From positions 40,470-104,469 of the forward strand of contig JABWCP010000006.1 of assembly GCA_013360215.1 (NCBI GenBank): a stretch of 64,000 nucleotides of DNA. Direction: 5' to 3'. The position numbers were made by a program, and so were the translations under genes. Of this stretch, positions 59,461 to 64,000 are shown piece by piece. The notes below the pieces were generated by a model that saw only the letters and a program-made list of their open reading frames with translations, was not told where the DNA came from and ran no database searches. This DNA is from a bacterium. GTDB taxonomy: Bacteria; CLD3; SB21. Every line of letters starts with the position of its first letter. The first letter of the stretch is position 1.

Positions 59461-59532
59461 TATTGAATATATATACTTGATTTAATAACCTAACCAACAG
59501 CGCGTACTATTTCAAGGTTTAAATAGGAATTT

Positions 59533-61401
59533 ATGTATATACGATCGCTTCAAATACGCGATTTTATGGGTTTTTCGGTGTATCGGACCGAATTCAAAGA
59601 GGGATTTTCCGCTTTGATGATGGGCCCGTCCCAAGGAAAAACCGGTTTGCGAATGGCCATGCGCGCTGTACTCACGGATCATTTTGATCGCAATTTTGCC
59701 TTGTTTCACCGTAATCATTCCGATACGTCTGAAATCAATTTGGAGTTGTATTGCGGAAAGAGTGCCTTAAGATTTAATAAGAATTGGACCGGCGGTGCTG
59801 TACAACAATGGACTGTAGAAAATCCGGATGCCGGCACGGTTTTAGACCTTACAAACCAGGGAACGTATGATGATTGGGCGCGATGGCTTTTGTATGAAAC
59901 GCAAGGTTGGCCGGTGAGCGAACATGATGGTGAGACTGTTTTGCACAATGAATGGGCGCGTGAACAGTACGATTTTTTGATGCGCCTTATTTTCTGTGAT
60001 GAAACGACTATGGCTGATCTCATGACGATGCCGATTTCTTCGTTGGTAGGCCTTCGGTATGTACAGAATATGGAAGTGCGATTAAATGAATTGATACAAA
60101 AAGCGTCAGAAAAAGTATTTATTCTCAAATCGGAAGAAAACCTCGTCCAAAACGAACTGTCATTATTAGAACAAAAGCGACAAATGGTTTTAGTGTTGGA
60201 AAAGGATTTGGAAAGCGATACCGAATTACTTCAAAAATTGGACGAAAGACTGATTCAAACGCAACACGATCGCGTACAAGCCGAGCGCATCACCGGCTAT
60301 ATTCAGGAAAAGCGCAGCGAAATTACCAAACTAGGTTTTGAAATTACGACGTATCAAAACGTCATGCAAAACAACGTATTGCAAGATACGTCGGAAGAAG
60401 AAATACGTACGCTGGATCGTAAAGCGCGGTTATATGAAAAAGCCCTTAAAGAAATAGAAACCATCGAAGAAAACATCATACAACGACGGCACTTAGAAAA
60501 AAATCTCGAAGGCATCGAGCAGGAGATACAGGTCATAGATCGCACGCATACGGGCAAATTACCTCCGGAAATAAAAACGCAAAAAAAAGCGTACGAGTCC
60601 GAAGCGCGTCGTTTGCGTTTGTTGTTGTCCAAAATGCAGGATGATCCTTCTTCGATGGAGCATTGGCAAACTGAAAAACGCACGCATGAAGAAGCGTATC
60701 ATCAATATACGATTCTCAAAAAAACGCGCCAGTACATGAACCAAAATAATCTGCAAAAGTTGAAATCAACGACTGAAAAATTGATCGTGAAGCGCCAACA
60801 AATGCAAGATGAACTGGATCAGATATTTGCATCGCAGCACGAAACTCAATATCAGAAACTGGAAGCGGCCGTTGCATCGGATCGCCAGCAAGCGCTCGAA
60901 CTGAAAGAGCGGATGGCTGCGGCCGTTGCAAGAAAAGAAAAGTTACAGCAGGAGATACAAGCGCTTCAACTTGTCGTAGATAAGCATCTTTCGCGGGCCG
61001 ATCAGAAACGTCGGGAAATCACATCAAAACGGCATTTACTTTTTGTTCGCGAGACGGTTATGGATTTTTATAACGCGCAAATCGAGCTTCGAAAAAACGA
61101 ACTGAGTCGTCAGATTAAAACGCATTTAAAGAAATTTCGAGTTGAATTTACAAATAAACAGCTGTTCGGAAAAAACAAAACGAATGAAGCTTCGCATGAA
61201 ACGATACCGATATCCTCATCAGAGCGGGCTCTATCTCAGCATATTCTTGCTATGACAGTCTTGGCTATGAATTTAAAAAGTCCTCTTTTTTTTGCTGATG
61301 AGAACTTTTCGTGGTATCTGACGAAAGAAGATCGTACGGAGATCGAAACATTGGCCGATCAATTAAAGTTTGGTCAATTCATGTTCTTCGAAAAAAATTA
61401 A
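59533..61401 (+). CDS. SMC/RecF-like coiled-coil protein with degenerate ATPase motifs
   Basis: N-terminal MYIRSLQIRDFMGF...GPSQGKTGL resembles an SMC head but Walker A is one residue short. ~400 aa predicted coiled coil. C-terminal LSQH...LFFADE stands in place of LSGGQ/Walker B. Confidence 0.45.
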   Translation: MYIRSLQIRDFMGFSVYRTEFKEGFSALMMGPSQGKTGLRMAMRAVLTDHFDRNFALFHRNHSDTSEINLELYCGKSALRFNKNWTGGAVQQWTVENPDAGTVLDLTNQGTYDDWARWLLYETQGWPVSEHDGETVLHNEWAREQYDFLMRLIFCDETTMADLMTMPISSLVGLRYVQNMEVRLNELIQKASEKVFILKSEENLVQNELSLLEQKRQMVLVLEKDLESDTELLQKLDERLIQTQHDRVQAERITGYIQEKRSEITKLGFEITTYQNVMQNNVLQDTSEEEIRTLDRKARLYEKALKEIETIEENIIQRRHLEKNLEGIEQEIQVIDRTHTGKLPPEIKTQKKAYESEARRLRLLLSKMQDDPSSMEHWQTEKRTHEEAYHQYTILKKTRQYMNQNNLQKLKSTTEKLIVKRQQMQDELDQIFASQHETQYQKLEAAVASDRQQALELKERMAAAVARKEKLQQEIQALQLVVDKHLSRADQKRREITSKRHLLFVRETVMDFYNAQIELRKNELSRQIKTHLKKFRVEFTNKQLFGKNKTNEASHETIPISSSERALSQHILAMTVLAMNLKSPLFFADENFSWYLTKEDRTEIETLADQLKFGQFMFFEKN

Positions 61402-61691
61402 AACTCTATATCGCCCACAATGACCGATTCGCGTATCGGCGCGACGAGTTCCTTAACGACCCTCAGATGTTCAGGATGATCGGCATAAATTTGCAAATCT
61501 TCCTTATTTTTAAAACGACTCGTAAGCATAATATCGTGCCCTTGGCGACGTTCGGAAAAATTAGGCCGCGCATGAATTTCAATGACTTGCGGTATTCGAT
61601 GTTTCAGATCTTCCAAAGCAGCGCACATGTTTTCGATAGCGGTAGTATCTGCACCCGGTTTAAGTTTGAATAAAACGATGTGATCAATCAC
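61398..61691 (-). CDS. Dabb-family stress-responsive protein (dimeric alpha/beta barrel)
   Basis: 97 aa; MIDHIVLFKLKPG...KEDLQIYADHPEH pattern. Confidence 0.55.
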   Translation of the reverse strand: MIDHIVLFKLKPGADTTAIENMCAALEDLKHRIPQVIEIHARPNFSERRQGHDIMLTSRFKNKEDLQIYADHPEHLRVVKELVAPIRESVIVGDIEF

Positions 61692-61705
61692 GGTATCCTC
61701 CTTGT

Positions 61706-63157
61706 TTAAAAAGCAAATTCTAATGCGCGTTTGGCAGTAAAATAACGGTTATAGATGTAGGTTGATTTGGCCTCAATCTCTATTTTATATATTCCTGAAG
61801 GTGCTAATTGTTCGGTCATAGCGGGTTGTTTGCCTTGTGAAGAATCGGACTTATTTTGTTCGCGAAATTGTAAAATGTCCCGCAACGGGCTGTTGGATTT
61901 ATATGCTCTGTTCCACTGTAGCGTTTTGATTCCCGGCGATGTCATGCTATTACGGGCAAGTGTAGCGACAAGTTTTCCTTTTTCATCCACGATGCGGGCC
62001 GTAAGACGGGATGTTTCCGGTAAATAAAACGAAAATACTAACTGACTATCCTTGAGCGCGACATTGAGATTCTGTATGTCTGTTCCGATATGATAATATT
62101 GTGCGCTGATTTTATCGGCGATAAATACCTGACCAAATTTTTTTCCTATGGCGATGGCACGAGGTTCTATAAATTGATTTTCTCCGTCACCGGGTGAACC
62201 GAAAGTGCCCATATAACGAAGATCACGATCAAACTTATGAATAACATGGTTTTCTGCGTCGGTAACCCACACATTATTAAAACCGTCAATAGCTACCGAT
62301 GTCAGATTGACTTTGTCGAAGCCATATTCTGATGAAACCACGCCCATTTGAAAATGTCCATCGAATCCTAATTTTTGAATGCGTGTGCCATCCATGTCAA
62401 CGACGATAAAAAAGTGGTCTTGTGTGAAATTATCCGGGTCACTGCCATCTGACACGGCAATGGCATCGGGACGATACAGTGACAATGTACCGGAAGCGTC
62501 AGCCGCATTGTCCCAAATCTGACACGGAATGAGGTTGGAATCTAATACCTGAATACGATCATTTTTATAGTCGGTCACGTAGACTTGATTTTTTTGATCT
62601 ACGGCTACGCCGCGCGGTTCATCATATTCGCCGGATTTGCTTCCTTTTTTTCCTGAAGCTTTGACGAAAAGCAAATATCCTCCGGGATTCTTTAGTTTGA
62701 CGATACGATTATTACCGGTATCGGATATATAAACATCACCATCACTATTGCAAGCGATGCCACGCGGACGTTTGAGTTTTTGCTGAGGACCTTTGCCTTC
62801 ATACACGTCTAAGCCCTGCATAGAGCTGTTGAAGATGATATTATTCTGACCGGAATTGACACCGTAAGCCGTGAGATCATCGTCGTCATTACGATTATCG
62901 GGATCGTCGGTAGATTTTAAGCGGGTAACGGCCAAACCGCGAGGATCCGAAGGCGTGATGTCAGAGCGTCCTATCAATGCCATAAATGCAAATAAATGAA
63001 CTGCCGTGGCTTTGTGAATCGGTGCGTGATTAGCGGGAGGATATACCAGAAGAGATTCTGATTTTCGAATACGTGGTTTTGTGTCTTCCGCAAGATCTTG
63101 AGATCGGCCAAACGAAGTAACAAAGAAAAACAAAATAATTAAAAAGTAATGTTTCAT
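61706..63157 (-). CDS. Secreted NHL-repeat beta-propeller protein
   Basis: Signal peptide; NHL-type repeats (YISDTGNNRIVKL, VYVTDYKNDRIQVLD, VWVTDAENHVIHKFD). Confidence 0.6.
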   Translation of the reverse strand: MKHYFLIILFFFVTSFGRSQDLAEDTKPRIRKSESLLVYPPANHAPIHKATAVHLFAFMALIGRSDITPSDPRGLAVTRLKSTDDPDNRNDDDDLTAYGVNSGQNNIIFNSSMQGLDVYEGKGPQQKLKRPRGIACNSDGDVYISDTGNNRIVKLKNPGGYLLFVKASGKKGSKSGEYDEPRGVAVDQKNQVYVTDYKNDRIQVLDSNLIPCQIWDNAADASGTLSLYRPDAIAVSDGSDPDNFTQDHFFIVVDMDGTRIQKLGFDGHFQMGVVSSEYGFDKVNLTSVAIDGFNNVWVTDAENHVIHKFDRDLRYMGTFGSPGDGENQFIEPRAIAIGKKFGQVFIADKISAQYYHIGTDIQNLNVALKDSQLVFSFYLPETSRLTARIVDEKGKLVATLARNSMTSPGIKTLQWNRAYKSNSPLRDILQFREQNKSDSSQGKQPAMTEQLAPSGIYKIEIEAKSTYIYNRYFTAKRALEFAF

Positions 63158-64000
63158 TATTGCCCCTCGATGGCTTGTAACGCCGATTCGATGGCATACC
63201 GTACATCGGAATTATTAGTCTTGCCGAGGCTTTGTTGCAAAACGGTTTTTGCAGAGCGTGCATCCGGGCCGATCTTACCTAGTATTTCAGCGATGCTGTA
63301 CATAAGTCCGCCGTCCTGATCGGTTAATGATTGCAATTTGGATGTGAGCTTGGGTACGGCCGATTTTCCTATTTGTACAAGCGCTGTTTTAGCATTATCC
63401 GAAAACCGGTAATCGTAACTCATAAGCGAAGCCATCATAAAATCAATTGCCGCAGGATCCGAAGTTTTCAGATGCCCTAAGGTGACTATTGCCGATGATT
63501 GCATTTCAGTCAGCGTTTCTTTGTGTTCCAAATTTCGTTTGGAGAATATTGCGATAAGTTGCGATTCCAAAGGCTTAGGCTGCATTCCCATTTTTTCAAT
63601 CATCAACAATGTTTGCAACTGCTCATCCCAATTATCTTTACCGCTAAGTATTACTTTGGCTTCGTCCATGGTAGGTATAATGCCGGGTACGGCAATGTCA
63701 TACCACAAACAGAAATCAATGCGTTCGTCTTTTTGACTTTTGTAAGGAGTTTTTGGTGCATTGGCGGCAATGCGTTCGGACGTTTTATTTGCAAAGTATT
63801 TCAAATCCGATTCGGGAAATACAGCGGTTATTTCTTTGTTTCGCTCTGCATTGGTGGTCAAGCGAAATTGACGGATGAAATCAAAAAGGCGATCGGCTAT
63901 ATCGTCCGAGGCATCGAAACGGTGAAAATATTCGCTGAGCCAATCCAATGCTTGGCGCTTATTTTCAGCCGTGGGCGAAGTTTGATACAGGCGATTGAGC
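63157..64000 (-). CDS. HEAT/PBS-lyase-like repeat protein; frame stays open to the window edge, so the start is uncertain (TTG at 63948 or beyond the window)
   Basis: HEAT-like repeats (IAEILGKIGPDARSAKTVLQQSLGK...). No stop codon between 63949 and 64000 in frame. Confidence 0.4.
   Translation of the reverse strand, partial: LNRLYQTSPTAENKRQALDWLSEYFHRFDASDDIADRLFDFIRQFRLTTNAERNKEITAVFPESDLKYFANKTSERIAANAPKTPYKSQKDERIDFCLWYDIAVPGIIPTMDEAKVILSGKDNWDEQLQTLLMIEKMGMQPKPLESQLIAIFSKRNLEHKETLTEMQSSAIVTLGHLKTSDPAAIDFMMASLMSYDYRFSDNAKTALVQIGKSAVPKLTSKLQSLTDQDGGLMYSIAEILGKIGPDARSAKTVLQQSLGKTNNSDVRYAIESALQAIEGQ

Noticed and set aside
1-64000. tRNA, rRNA or other structured ncRNA genes
   Set aside because: No cloverleaf-compatible segments or rRNA-like conserved blocks were recognised by eye in the intergenic regions. 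This should be re-checked with tRNAscan-SE and Infernal.

Overview
This looks like a chromosomal segment from a Gram-negative, T9SS-bearing bacterium of the FCB group (Bacteroidota/Ignavibacteriota-like), inferred from two proteins with Por/T9SS C-terminal sorting domains; the exact taxon is unknown. I recognise about 55 protein-coding genes and no rRNA, tRNA, CRISPR array, integrase or transposase.

Housekeeping genes and operons:
- pyruvate kinase, GTPase Der, thiolase, 3-hydroxybutyryl-CoA dehydrogenase, a MoeB/ThiF-rhodanese fusion, photolyase and a UbiD-family decarboxylase;
- two secreted amidohydrolases;
- a two-component system (OmpR-type regulator with sensor kinase);
- a seven-gene ABC-2 transporter operon.

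The accessory part is an ~18.5 kb, visibly AT-richer segment (20.3-38.8 kb) bounded by a 72-bp direct repeat of the 3' end of the upstream amidohydrolase gene. Inside it:
- a signal-peptide-bearing TPR-CHAT (caspase-like) protease next to an ECF-type sigma factor / membrane anti-sigma factor pair, which resembles the Craspase (TPR-CHAT-Csx30-RpoE) logic but has no CRISPR components;
- a degenerate duplicate of the sigma-factor promoter and 5' end;
- a secreted-protein gene interrupted by a frameshift in a T9 homopolymer;
- two paralogous ~100-aa HTH proteins;
- a CsgG-like lipoprotein, a secreted repeat protein and an FN3/T9SS protein cluster;
- a beta-propeller sensor kinase with a LuxR-type regulator.

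Immediately downstream is a porin-cytochrome-type cluster: a 5-6-heme lipoprotein with an N-terminal collagen-like GXY stretch, an outer-membrane beta-barrel, a 12-heme cytochrome c and a small lipoprotein. Two of its promoter regions share an ATGACAATTGTCAT palindrome. Further downstream lie tandem di-heme CCP/MauG-like genes, an outer-membrane protein and a cupredoxin-like protein.

All functional calls rest on motifs read by eye from the translations. No database search was run.
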